Notes: generated from the sequence alone by a model not told the origin. A stretch of DNA of 64,000 nucleotides from Candidatus Latescibacterota bacterium (GCA_965198115.1 OZ240241.1:288001-352000), one strand, 5' to 3'; positions 20,505 to 30,486 are shown, numbered from the stretch's first letter. Translations and numbers: made by a program.

Positions 20505-21899
20505 ATGCCATCTGATAACAGACTCTTCGGCGTCACCGTTATGGCTGACTTTGTCCTGAACGAAGGCGTCGAGCCGATTCTCGATGGGTTGGCGAAGCAG
20601 GGTGTGAATGCGGTTGCGGTGAATCCGATCGTGACGGCGGAGGCGTCGGAGGGCGAGGGGAGCTGGCAGCCGCCGTCGGATGCAGGGAGCAGCCCGCGGT
20701 TGTTTGATCGGCCCTTATGGGGGAAGCGGGAGCTGTGGGTGAGGAGCGGGCCCAGCTATCGGCCGGAGGTGTCGCTGTATTCGGATACGTCATACAAACC
20801 GAAGCAGCCGAACGAACTGACAGAGGCACACGGTCATCTGGTGGGCGACTTCATCGATGAAGCACTGGAGCGAGGGTTCGAGGTCTATTTCCAGATTCCG
20901 GGGGCGACGCCGTCGGGGTTGCAGGACAAGGATCGGCGGCGGATGCCGGACGGTTCGATTCCGGATGCGATGGTCGATGTGGGAAGTCTGGCAAGCGAGG
21001 ACAGTCGGGCGTATCTGCGAGCGTTCGTGCGCGATCTGTGCCGGGCTTATCCCAACATCACGGGGTTTCGTCCCGACTGGCCGGAGTATCCGTGCTACAA
21101 ACTACCAGAGACGTTCGTCGATTTCGGGGAGCCCGTGAAGCAGTGGGCGGAGGCGCGGGGGGTCGCCTTCGAAGGCATTCGGTTGGAAGTCGGCGAGTTC
21201 TACGACTATCTGACGAATGACCTGAAGAACGATGACATCGCGGAGTTCGCGGAGGTCGAGCGAGGGCGATGGGCTCAGTTGCGGTTGCTGCGCCGGTTCC
21301 CGGCGATTGGTGCCTGGCTGCGCGTCAAGACGGCGCTGTCGCTCGATCTTCTGAGATTCTGGCGAGAGATGATCACCGAAGCTGGTGGCGAAGAGAAGGT
21401 GCTATCGGCCAACGCATTCATGCCGCCACTGACCTTGTTCACCGGGTTGGACATTGCCGGAACCCTGGAGATTGCCCAGGCGGTGTCTCCGAAGCTCTAC
21501 ACGATGCACTGGTCGGCGATGGTCGAGTTCTGGGGTCGGGAACTGATGGCAAACAACGATCTGGACGAGTCGCTGGTCGTTAAGGCGTTGGTCAACCTAT
21601 TCGATCTCGATGACGAGGCAACGGCGACCCGCATCAGTAACTACGGATATCCGGAGAATGATGAGCCGCATCCGATTCCAGACGAGCCGCAGGCTAGACG
21701 GATTCGCCAGGTGCTGGCGGATGCGAATGGGCGCGGGAAAGTGACGCCGCTGATGCACGGGTATGGGCCGATCGATGATTTCGTCAGGCGGTTCAGGATC
21801 GTGGCGGAGAGTGAGGCAGGTGGAGTGTGGATCAATCGGTATGGCTATTTGAGTGATGCGAAGCTGGAGGCGGTGGGGGAGGTTTGGCGGAACACTTGA
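20505..21899 (+). CDS. Hypothetical protein, probable glycoside-hydrolase-like TIM barrel
   Basis: Long intact 464-aa ORF with good codon usage; ITGFRPDWPEYP and WINRYGYLSD motifs. Confidence 0.65.
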   Translation: MPSDNRLFGVTVMADFVLNEGVEPILDGLAKQGVNAVAVNPIVTAEASEGEGSWQPPSDAGSSPRLFDRPLWGKRELWVRSGPSYRPEVSLYSDTSYKPKQPNELTEAHGHLVGDFIDEALERGFEVYFQIPGATPSGLQDKDRRRMPDGSIPDAMVDVGSLASEDSRAYLRAFVRDLCRAYPNITGFRPDWPEYPCYKLPETFVDFGEPVKQWAEARGVAFEGIRLEVGEFYDYLTNDLKNDDIAEFAEVERGRWAQLRLLRRFPAIGAWLRVKTALSLDLLRFWREMITEAGGEEKVLSANAFMPPLTLFTGLDIAGTLEIAQAVSPKLYTMHWSAMVEFWGRELMANNDLDESLVVKALVNLFDLDDEATATRISNYGYPENDEPHPIPDEPQARRIRQVLADANGRGKVTPLMHGYGPIDDFVRRFRIVAESEAGGVWINRYGYLSDAKLEAVGEVWRNT

Positions 21900-22272
21900 A
21901 CATTGGGAAATCGAGGATCGAACATCGAGAATTGAAGAACCCACTTTTTCTGCCGAGGATGGCGAGCGTTTCCGGCATGATGTCTGTTCGATTCCGTGAG
22001 TGAGGGGTGTGAAACTCGACGGAAGGTTCTAGGCAAGCACTTTCTCGTATTCGATTCGATAAGGTCTGAATCCCAACCTTGCGTGAAGCTTCTGCGAGGC
22101 GATGTTCTCGATTCCGGTTTCCGACCGCAGCAGATGTGCGCCTCGTTCCCTGACGAGAGCTTCGACGTGCTCTAAAATTGCTGTGCCAACCCCTCTCTGG
22201 CGATGTGGCGTATCCACCGCGATATCGTTCACCCCGGCGATCGTCACGTCGTAGTCCTCGACATCTATAAAC

Positions 22273-23693
22273 GGCTATATCCGGATCTCTCAACGAGATG
22301 AAGTGGGTGAAGGTGCCGTGGTTCCTGGCATGGGGGCGCGGTTAGAGTGTGCGGAACCTCTTCGGAATCTGCTCAGGGATGTTTATGTCTCCGACGGTAA
22401 GGAAGATCATATCGTTGAATGCGTCGAGTGTGCGGAATCCGCTGGCTCGGTTCTTGACGATTTGGACGATTCGGTTGAGGCCTTCGGCGATGGCGTTGGT
22501 AAGACGCGTGTTCACGAATGCGAGGACGCCGAAGAAGTGCTGTCGCAGGGTCCTGACGAACTTTCGCAGGGGTTCAAGTCGACTTCTGAGTGCGGACGTC
22601 GTCCAGCATTTCAGGAAGCGTTCGGCAGCCCAGGGCGCTTTGTATTCCCAGAACTGCTCGAACTCGTCCTTGAGTCTCCAGGCTCTATAGATTCGGTAGT
22701 TCGCCTTCTCCAGTGCTTTGAGTGTCCGAGTATCCCCTCTGGAGCGTGTCGCTGAGTGCCGGTAGAGGAGCCATCGGAGGCCCTTCATGGCTTTGCGCTC
22801 ATCCGGGGCAGCTTTACGCCACTGGTCCTTACGGACCTCGTCAACGGCGGCATTGAGAGCCTTGACGATGTGAAAGCGATCGAGGACCAGCTTGGCATTC
22901 GGACAGTGTTCCTGGATGGCTCCGATGTAAGCTTCGCTCATGTCGCAGCAGGCCCCACTCGATCTTGGATCTCTGGTAGGGACTGAGAGCCTCTGTGAAG
23001 AACCGATCGATCGTTTTACGCGCCCTGCCGCGGCCAACCCACACCACGCAGGAGCGGTCCAGATCGTAAACGAGCGTGGCGTACCTGTGACGCTTGGCGT
23101 AGGAGATCTCGTCGATCCCGATGGTTTTGAGCCCTCGGATACGATGACCTTCACGAAGCCGCGTGATGGATCGGTGAAGGAGATCCGACAGCGTCGAGGC
23201 AGAGATGCGCAGTAACTCGGACGCCGCCTTCTGCGTCATGGTCTGGCAGTAGCGCAGCATGGCATACTCGAAGCGATACGTCACCCGAGAGAACCGCTCC
23301 GCCCACGGAATCTCCTCGACCACACGACCGTGGGTAGGACACCGAATCTCCCGAGGATGGTAGAGAAGCCAGACCCTCCACCCGCACACCGGAATGTCAC
23401 GCCACCGACGCGGATGGGGCATTGTGCGGACGATTTTACCTCGACGGCCGCACTCCGGACAACAACAACCATTCTTATGTGGCTTTACGGCGATGACGAA
23501 ACAGCTTCTCCCCTCAAACCACCAGCTGACAACACGGAACCCCTTGAATCTCAGCAGTTTCGATAGTAATCTGCTCCCGGTCATAGGTCGCACCCCCTTC
23601 GCTTTGATTGTCCTACACACACAACCAAGCGTAGGGAACGATCTATGACCTTGTCATTCTATAGTTTCACCGTTGAGAAACCCGGATAGAGCC
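22273..23693 (-). mobile_element. ISL3-family element, copy 1, TSD TATAAAC
   Basis: IRs GGCTATATCCGGATCTCTCAACG / GGCTCTATCCGGGTTTCTCAACG; TSD at 22266-22272 and 23694-23700. Confidence 0.92.
22342..23584 (-). CDS. ISL3 transposase (one extra base near 22955)
   Basis: CPECG zinc finger, GIDEIS, CDMSEAY, DRFHIV and TNAIAEGLN; 1243 nt = 1242+1. Confidence 0.88.
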
Positions 23694-24021
23694 TATAAAC
23701 ACGACCCAGACGAATCCAAGGGCGATTCCATCCTCCTCAGCTATTTCGGCGATCGTTCGATCATCATCCGCGGAGGCATCCAGATGTGACAGGAACGAGT
23801 CCGGCTGCTCCGTGCTCAGCCATTTCTCTCGGTAGGCCTCGTATGAGGTCGTCCTCGCCCACGGGGTCTCGCTTTCATAATTCCCACAGCAATGCAACTC
23901 GAGAAGAAGATCTCGATCCGCCTTCACATCGATTGGTCGAAATGTCAGCACGGCTCTCGGTTGGAGTGATGAACCTGTCGTGTAGGGCAGCGCATGGTGG
24001 CACACGTCGAAGACGGTGCGA

Positions 24022-24759
24022 TTACGCTTCCACGGTGTCGGGTCGCCTGCCGATCGACGGAGGTGCAAGCATCCGCTTCTGCTGTTCGGTCAGCCCGCTG
24101 TAGTTGCTCAGGTCGTAGTAGTTGCTGGACCAGGCGGAGTGGCCGGGGCTATATTTGTAGAGAAAAGTCCGACGTTGATGGCTGGCTGTCCAGGGTGCCG
24201 TTCCGTGAACGAGGGCCTCGGTGAAGATCATAGCATCGCCGGGTTCGACGACAGGTTGAACGACATAGTGCGCATCGCGATCGAATTGACGGACGTCGTC
24301 CGGAATGCTATTCAGGAAGTTCGTTTTGTGCGTGCCGGGGATGCAGGCGAAGCCGCCATCGCCGGGTCCGGCCGGTGAGGAGAAATACGTCACGACCGTC
24401 AGGCCGGTCCGGATGATTCCGTCCCGATACTTGTACCAATGGTCGCCCCCGCGCCCGTGATCCCCGCCGTGCAGCCTGCCTCGCTTCTCGCCCTGTGACA
24501 TGAAGATCGCGTAGTCGTGGTCCAGACGGACCTTCGGTCCGAGCCACTCTGTGAGGTAAGGGACGATCGCGGTGTGGTCGATCAGGTCCTGGAAGATCCC
24601 GCCCCACGCCGATGGTCCCCAGACCTCCTCGTCCGCCTTCTCCGTCTCTAGCTTTTCATCCGTGATCGCGTTCATTTCTTCGACTTCGCCATCGGTGAGC
24701 ACGTCTTTGATGACGATGTAGCCGTCGAGATCGAATACGAAACGTTCTTCGTTGGTCAT
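24022..24759 (-). CDS. PhyH-family Fe(II)/2OG dioxygenase (HGG type)
   Basis: FDLDGYIVIKDVL, LHGG, GGFACIPGTHK and GDAMIFTEALVHGT; 245 aa. Confidence 0.88.
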   Translation of the reverse strand: MTNEERFVFDLDGYIVIKDVLTDGEVEEMNAITDEKLETEKADEEVWGPSAWGGIFQDLIDHTAIVPYLTEWLGPKVRLDHDYAIFMSQGEKRGRLHGGDHGRGGDHWYKYRDGIIRTGLTVVTYFSSPAGPGDGGFACIPGTHKTNFLNSIPDDVRQFDRDAHYVVQPVVEPGDAMIFTEALVHGTAPWTASHQRRTFLYKYSPGHSAWSSNYYDLSNYSGLTEQQKRMLAPPSIGRRPDTVEA

Positions 24760-24920
24760 GGCGAAATCCTTCCGTTGGAACCACCGATCACACAGAACAC
24801 ATCGAGGGGTGTGACGCCAAGCCTAGGTCGGGATTGCAGTATGTGGAAAGTTGAGTGTATGGAGTATGACTGCGAACCCTGCGCTCTGTTCTTCGCGTAT
24901 TCGCGACTTCGTGTTGCATT

Positions 24921-25047
24921 TCACCGCCAGCCGACCTCCTGGCGGGCTTGCATCATCATCAGACACGTCCGGGGCGTCGGGATACGACAGTCACCGTCGC
25001 GTTCAGGACGAGGGGCACTTCGGGTCCGATGTCGACTCGCGCGGCTC
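24921..25047 (-). pseudogene. Degenerate duplicate of the 3' end of the 26100-26672 gene
   Basis: TCACCGCCAGCCGACCTCCTGGCGGGCTTGCATCATC... aligns to 26100 onward; encodes DIGPEVPLVLNATVTVVSR...MQARQEVGWR*. Confidence 0.8.
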
Positions 25048-25062
25048 CCTATACCCTCTCGC

Positions 25063-25800
25063 TCAGGCGTCGACGGTATCGGGTCGTCCTCCAATGGACG
25101 GCGGGGCGAGCATTCGGAGCTGCTGCTCGGTCAGGTCGCTGTATTGGCTGAGGTCGTAATAGTCACCTGCCCAGGCGGAATGGCCGGGGGCGTATTTGTA
25201 GAGGAAAGCACGCCGCTGATGGTTGGCAGTCCAGGGTGACGTTCCGTGGACGAGGGCTTCGGTGAAGATCAAGGCATCTCCGGGTTCGACGACGGGCTGA
25301 ACGACATAGTGTACGTCGCGTTCGAACTGACGGACATCGTCAGGGATGCTGGTCAGGAAGTTCGTCTTGTGGGTTCCGGGGATGCAGGCAAAGCCGCCGT
25401 CGCCGGGTCCGGCGGGCGCCGCGAAGTATGTCACGACCGTCAGTCCTGTTCGAATGACGCCGTCCTGATACTTGTACCAATGATCGCCTTCGTGCCCGTT
25501 ATCCCCGCCGTGCAGCCTGCCGCGCTTCTCGCCCTGTGACATGAAGATCGCGTAGTCGTGGTCCAGACGAACCTTCGGTCCCAGCCATTCGGTCAGGTAC
25601 GGGACGATCGTGGGATGGTCGATCAGGTCCTGGAAGATGCTGTCCCACGCGGACGGTCGGCCGACCTCCTTAGCCGCTTCCTTCGGTTTTTGTTTCTCGT
25701 CGGTGATCGCGTTCATCTCTGTGACTTCGTCATCCGTGAGTACGTTCTTGATGACGATGTAGCCGTCGAGATCGAATATGAAGCGTTCTTCGTTAGTCAT
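25063..25800 (-). CDS. PhyH-family Fe(II)/2OG dioxygenase (HGG type), tandem paralog
   Basis: 245 aa from ATG 25800; about 40 differences from the 24022 copy by eye. Confidence 0.88.
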   Translation of the reverse strand: MTNEERFIFDLDGYIVIKNVLTDDEVTEMNAITDEKQKPKEAAKEVGRPSAWDSIFQDLIDHPTIVPYLTEWLGPKVRLDHDYAIFMSQGEKRGRLHGGDNGHEGDHWYKYQDGVIRTGLTVVTYFAAPAGPGDGGFACIPGTHKTNFLTSIPDDVRQFERDVHYVVQPVVEPGDALIFTEALVHGTSPWTANHQRRAFLYKYAPGHSAWAGDYYDLSQYSDLTEQQLRMLAPPSIGGRPDTVDA

Positions 25801-26099
25801 GGCGAAATCCTTCAGTTGGAACCACCGACTACACAGAACACACAGAGGAGTTGGCACCACAAATACACACAAATGAACACGAATGGGTGGAAAACCCAAA
25901 AAACCAAGGCCCGATCAAGGAGTGGATTGACGGTAGGGCCCGGAAGGATTCGCAACGTCAATGTGGTTCCCGTTGTCGCGGTCGTTGGCCGCAGTTCACC
26001 GCATTTCTAAACGCCTGGAAGTCCCTCGATTCTCTATGCGCCTCCCCGTTCTCTGCGCTGAATGAGATCCGTCTTTCTTCGCGTCTTCGTGTTTGCATT

Positions 26100-26672
26100 T
26101 CACCGCCAGCCGATTTCCTGGCGAGCTTGCATAATCAACAGTCGGGTCGGGGGTGTTCGCGACACGACGGTGACGGTCGCGTTCAGTACGAGTGGAACCT
26201 CCGGGCCGATGTCCTGACGAGCGCGGAGCTCTATCACGGCGATGAGGCCTGTGTCGGACACGCGCCAGGGCTTCATGAAAAGGACGGCGCGTAGCGGCCC
26301 TTCGGATCCTTCGGGCGAGATCATCGACAGTGCTTGGGGTTCGGGTCTTTGCGAAATGTCTTCGAGGATTTCTCGGACTTCAGAACGGATCTCGACGATT
26401 TCGAAGAACGATGCGAAGCTGCTGTCCTGATCCTCGAAGTAGATCGTGAGACCATAGGCCTCCAGCGCAGCTGCGTCCGGCATAAAAACCTGGAAGCGGA
26501 CGGAATCATCCGCCGCAGGACGAGGAACGGGCGCGATTCCGCTGTAAACGGGCGGTTCCTCGACCCTGGAATCGATGAAGACGGGAAACACGCGTGTGGT
26601 CGGCGTGGCACCCGAGAGGTCCTGACCGAAGCCAGGCGGTGTCCCGGCCAACATCAGGACCAGCAGGATCAC
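26100..26672 (-). CDS. Hypothetical exported beta-rich protein
   Basis: Signal-peptide-like N-terminus; start overlaps the upstream stop; 3' end conserved in the duplicate remnant. Confidence 0.65.
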   Translation of the reverse strand: MILLVLMLAGTPPGFGQDLSGATPTTRVFPVFIDSRVEEPPVYSGIAPVPRPAADDSVRFQVFMPDAAALEAYGLTIYFEDQDSSFASFFEIVEIRSEVREILEDISQRPEPQALSMISPEGSEGPLRAVLFMKPWRVSDTGLIAVIELRARQDIGPEVPLVLNATVTVVSRTPPTRLLIMQARQEIGWR

Positions 26673-27388
26673 GCCGGGTTACCGTGCTTGTTGATGACGG
26701 TGATTTCCGACGAACCGTCCGCGCGGATGGACTTGACCAGGAGCGAGACGCGGTTGTTTTCGTTCAATGCGTTCCAGAATGTCTGAGCCGTTTCCGCGGG
26801 ATCGTTCGCCAGGTCGACGAGATAGGGCTCGCCTGAAAAGGAAAGTACCGGGTCGCCATCATCGTCGTAGGTGGTGATGCAATGACCGTAGCCGGGCAGG
26901 AAACGATCATAGGCAAAGTAGTGTCGGGCGGGGTGGTCTGCACTCTTGCCAACGGTTTTGAGGACGGCCAATCGGTAGGCGACGTCGTCATCGTCGAGGT
27001 CCACGATACCTGAAATGCGCGGCGTCAGAATGGGTGGGTCCGGTTCGAACGACCTCGTGTCCAGCGCGGACTCGAACGTGTCGCCCCGCGCGAGGTGTTC
27101 GACGATGGTATCCGTCTGGTCGCCGTTGGTGACGATGTGACACGATCCGTGGATTCGAATCGGATGGTATACGACGAGAGAGAGGTCGGTCACCTTGGAT
27201 TCGTCGAACGCCCAGGTTCTGACGGTGTCGCCTTCGTGGATGAAGATGCGATTTCGACTTCCCTCGCTCCGTCCCATGATCCAGTAGACCTGAAGGACTC
27301 GACTCTCGTCGGGTGTCTGGCCAATGACGATGCCGCGACCCGGGTAGGTGGCGTTTCGGATTCTGGTCATTTCGGAGGTGTGGATCAC
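26669..27388 (-). CDS. purO: IMP cyclohydrolase-like protein (PurO type, Ntn hydrolase)
   Basis: YPGRGIVIG, YWIMGRSEGSRNR, IVTNGDQTDTI and FEPDPPILTPRISG. Confidence 0.8.
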   Translation of the reverse strand: MIHTSEMTRIRNATYPGRGIVIGQTPDESRVLQVYWIMGRSEGSRNRIFIHEGDTVRTWAFDESKVTDLSLVVYHPIRIHGSCHIVTNGDQTDTIVEHLARGDTFESALDTRSFEPDPPILTPRISGIVDLDDDDVAYRLAVLKTVGKSADHPARHYFAYDRFLPGYGHCITTYDDDGDPVLSFSGEPYLVDLANDPAETAQTFWNALNENNRVSLLVKSIRADGSSEITVINKHGNPA

Positions 27389-27401
27389 GTTGCGTGTTCC
27401 C

Positions 27402-28679
27402 TCAGGGGGACCGGAAGAGGTCCGCGTATGTTTCGGGTGTTTCGAAGATACCGCCGCTCTGGTCGTAATAGGTGGCATCGAGCGTAAAAGCCCCGTTCGC
27501 GGGACGCAGCCACGTTCCGTCGACCGGGTAGTCTGCCAGAAGGCGATTCCACGCACCGTAGGTCTCTGGACCGTTCGATTCCATCAGGCCGCCGTAGAGC
27601 CCGGGGAAACGCGGGAGCCGGGCAGCGATATTCTTGTTCCATTCGACGAGGGTCGGGACGCACCCGTTGTCGGCGACGAGGCACTCGAGGCCCGCGTCGC
27701 TGGCTGCCCGCACCATTTCGAACGCGAGCGAAAGGGTTTTGCCGGCGGGTTTAATGGCGACGGCGCCGTAGCCCTGTTTGGCGCGGAACCCGATGTCTTC
27801 GACCGTGTGGACGCTTTCGTCCGCGGCACACAGCGCGGGCAGGTCGGCTACGTTGACATCGACTGAATCGCTGAACGGCTCTTCGATGAGGATGATTCGA
27901 TCCAAGGCGTCGATGGTTTCCGCGTGGGCGAGGAGGCCGGCGATCGACGCTTTCTCGCGGTAGCGTCCGTTGGCGTCCAGATGGTAGAGGACGCGACCTG
28001 ATTCAGTTCGATCGGTTCGACAATCCTTTGCCAGGCTGTGGATCTGTGACAGCCACGCCTTGTCCTTTTCGAGCATCTGTTGCTCATCGCCCGGGTGGCC
28101 GATCTTGATCTTGAGGACGTGGGCGCCGGCTTCGATCAGCGCGTCCAGTTCGTCCATAGGTAAGTTATAGTTCACGGCGGGAGCAATCACCAGGTGATCC
28201 TGGTGGTGGGAAAGATTTGGGGCTGCCCAGTTCGGGATGAGGTCATCGAATCGGGTGATGCCGTTTTCCTTGGCGTAAAGAAGCCAGGCGGAGTTGTCGA
28301 GCGCGACGAGCGCGGTCAGCACGAATGTGAGTCGGAGGGTGTTGCGTCCGGTGATACGGCAACCGTATTCGTGGGCGATGGGGAGGACGTCACCGAGGAT
28401 CGAAGGCGGGTCTGCGTAATCGTGTCCGGTGACGTGTTGAAGCGCGTGCTCGAGCACGGCCGACTGTAGAAGGTTTCCGCCCACCTCCGTGTGTGTGGTG
28501 AAGACGTCCGGGTCGGACCACAAAACGGCGAGTCCGCCGATGCCGATCGCCTCGTGGCCGTTCTCAGAACGGAGACGGACAACACAGTTCCATTTCTCGT
28601 GGAAAGCCGATCCTTTGAATCCGAAGGGTCGTGCGAACGGTTCGCGCTGGATTTCGAGGTCGGATGAGGTGATAATCAT
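27402..28679 (-). CDS. Enolase-superfamily (mandelate racemase/dipeptide epimerase-like) protein
   Basis: LKIKIG, LDANG, IEEP, ADES and IKPAGK. Confidence 0.82.
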   Translation of the reverse strand: MIITSSDLEIQREPFARPFGFKGSAFHEKWNCVVRLRSENGHEAIGIGGLAVLWSDPDVFTTHTEVGGNLLQSAVLEHALQHVTGHDYADPPSILGDVLPIAHEYGCRITGRNTLRLTFVLTALVALDNSAWLLYAKENGITRFDDLIPNWAAPNLSHHQDHLVIAPAVNYNLPMDELDALIEAGAHVLKIKIGHPGDEQQMLEKDKAWLSQIHSLAKDCRTDRTESGRVLYHLDANGRYREKASIAGLLAHAETIDALDRIILIEEPFSDSVDVNVADLPALCAADESVHTVEDIGFRAKQGYGAVAIKPAGKTLSLAFEMVRAASDAGLECLVADNGCVPTLVEWNKNIAARLPRFPGLYGGLMESNGPETYGAWNRLLADYPVDGTWLRPANGAFTLDATYYDQSGGIFETPETYADLFRSP

Positions 28680-28682
28680 TTG

Positions 28683-29286
28683 ATGAAACGAAAAACATTC
28701 TTCGTGGGGATCGCGGGTGGATCAGGGGCTGGTAAAACTACGCTGGCCGACGCGCTGCATCGTGCGTGGGGCGAGGAGCGCAGCGTGGTGATTCCGCACG
28801 ACGCGTACTATCGCGATCTGTCGAATCTGACTCTCGCCAAACGGGCGGAGCAGAACTTCGACGCCCCGGAGGCGCTGGAGACGGCGTTGCTGGTCTCGCA
28901 CTTGGACCGTCTCGCAGAGGGAAGGGCCATCGATCGGCCGACTTACGATTTTGAACGACACGTGCGGACGGATCGCCGGGTTACGGTCGAGCCTGTAGAC
29001 GTGATTGTCGTCGAGGGAATCCTGGTGCTTTCGGAGTCGGCGCTTTGCGAGCGGTTCGACCTCAAGGTCTACGTCGACGCGGACTGACATTCGACTGTTG
29101 CGTCGTCTCGAGCGGGACGTGGCGGAACGCGGCCGGGACATCCGGTCCGTGGCGGAGCAGTATCGGTCATCCGTTAAGCCGATGCACGAGGCGCACGTCG
29201 AGGGCAGTAGAGATCGTGCGGATGTGATCGTGCCGGGGGAGGGCGATCTGGATCGGGCTGTTGAAGTGATCGCCGCGTACTTCTAA
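28683..29286 (+). CDS. udk: Uridine kinase, frameshift near 29085
   Basis: GIAGGSGAGKTT, HDAYYRD, NFDAPEALE, VEGILV, DIRLLRRLERDVAERGR and VKPMH. Confidence 0.88.
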
Positions 29287-29288
29287 TC

Positions 29289-29417
29289 AACACGAAGGCA
29301 CGAAGACACGAAGGAGAGACAGGGCACTGGCCCGATTTCTCGGCTGCCTGACGAGCCAGTCCTTTCATTCCCGAACCGATCGTCTCCTTCGTCTGGTTTT
29401 CTTCGCGTCTTCGTGTT
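29289..29417. repeat. Inverted pair of 9-mer tandem repeats (ACACGAAG units) between convergent genes
   Basis: AACACGAAGGCACGAAGACACGAAG at 29289-29313 and CTTCGCGTCTTCGTGTT at 29401-29417. Confidence 0.65.
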
Positions 29418-30414
29418 AATCGCCGGTTGACGTATCCACGGTTCGGATGTCGTCCGCGCGTCGGTCGATGGTCGGGAAACCGACGTTCTTGTCGATTTCG
29501 TTCTGCAGCGGTTCGCCGGCCATGAACCGTACGAGATTCTCGCAGAAGAATCCAACTGTGCGATGATGACGCTTCGGGGATGAACCCGCCGCGTGGGGTG
29601 TGACTAACACGTTTTCCATATCCCACAGGGGGCTGTCCGCTGGCAGGGGTTCTTTCTCGAATACATCGAGTCCGGCGCCCGCGATTTCTCCAGCTTTGAG
29701 CGCGTCGATGAGCGCTGCTTCGTCCACGATGCCGCCACGTGCGGTGTTGACGAGGTAAGCGCTCTTTTTCATGTGCTTGAGCAGGTCGGCGTTGATCAGC
29801 TTGTCCGTCTCGGGTGTGTGCGGGCACGCGATGAAGACGATGTCGGCCTGTTCGACGACGTCGTTGAGTCGACTCATGTCCCAGAGCGCCTCGACGTGGT
29901 CGGGCTTGTCTCCGCCTTGCACATCGAGCGCGAGGATTCGGGACTGGAAGGCCGCGCATTGCTCCGCGTATTTTCGTCCGATGCCTCCGAACCCGATGAT
30001 CCCAATGGTACAGTTATAGAGGTCGTCGAGGACGGGACGTTTCCACTCGTGATTGCGCTGGAAGACGACCGACTGGTGTAGCCCTCTAATTAGGGCCATC
30101 GTCAGCGCGAAAGCCTGCTCCGCGACCTGGATGGCGTGAACACCGCTGGCGTTGCAGAGCGCGATGTCGCTGTCTTTGAGCTCGGGTGGGATGCGACTGC
30201 CGTCCATCCCGGCGCTGGTGGTCTGGATCCACTTGAGCGATCCCATTCCCGCGCGGACCATCTCCCGGTTGTAGTTGCCGAAAACGATGTCGGTTCCAGC
30301 CATTTCGGCGACGGCTTCCTCGCTGTCACACATAATGACTTCTGCGTCTGGTGCGGTGTCTTTGACTTTCTGTAGCAGGGCCTCTTCGACGGGGGGATTG
30401 AGGATGATTTTCAT
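29416..30414 (-). CDS. D-2-hydroxyacid dehydrogenase
   Basis: GIIGFGGIG, VNTARGGIVDE, GLDVFEKEP and TPHAAG. Confidence 0.9.
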   Translation of the reverse strand: MKIILNPPVEEALLQKVKDTAPDAEVIMCDSEEAVAEMAGTDIVFGNYNREMVRAGMGSLKWIQTTSAGMDGSRIPPELKDSDIALCNASGVHAIQVAEQAFALTMALIRGLHQSVVFQRNHEWKRPVLDDLYNCTIGIIGFGGIGRKYAEQCAAFQSRILALDVQGGDKPDHVEALWDMSRLNDVVEQADIVFIACPHTPETDKLINADLLKHMKKSAYLVNTARGGIVDEAALIDALKAGEIAGAGLDVFEKEPLPADSPLWDMENVLVTPHAAGSSPKRHHRTVGFFCENLVRFMAGEPLQNEIDKNVGFPTIDRRADDIRTVDTSTGD

Positions 30415-30486
30415 GAGGTCTCCGTTTAAGGTCGTGCAGTGAGAAGGCAGCAGTGAGAAAGGCCTTGTTTCGTGACCGTGTTATAG

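Larger units (their letters stand above)
22029..23951 (-). pseudogene. GNAT acetyltransferase split by ISL3 copy 1
   Basis: N-part ...ALGFVWVVFI joins in frame to DVEDYDVTIAGVNDIAVDTPHRQRGVGTAIL...NIASQKLHARLGF. Confidence 0.85.
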
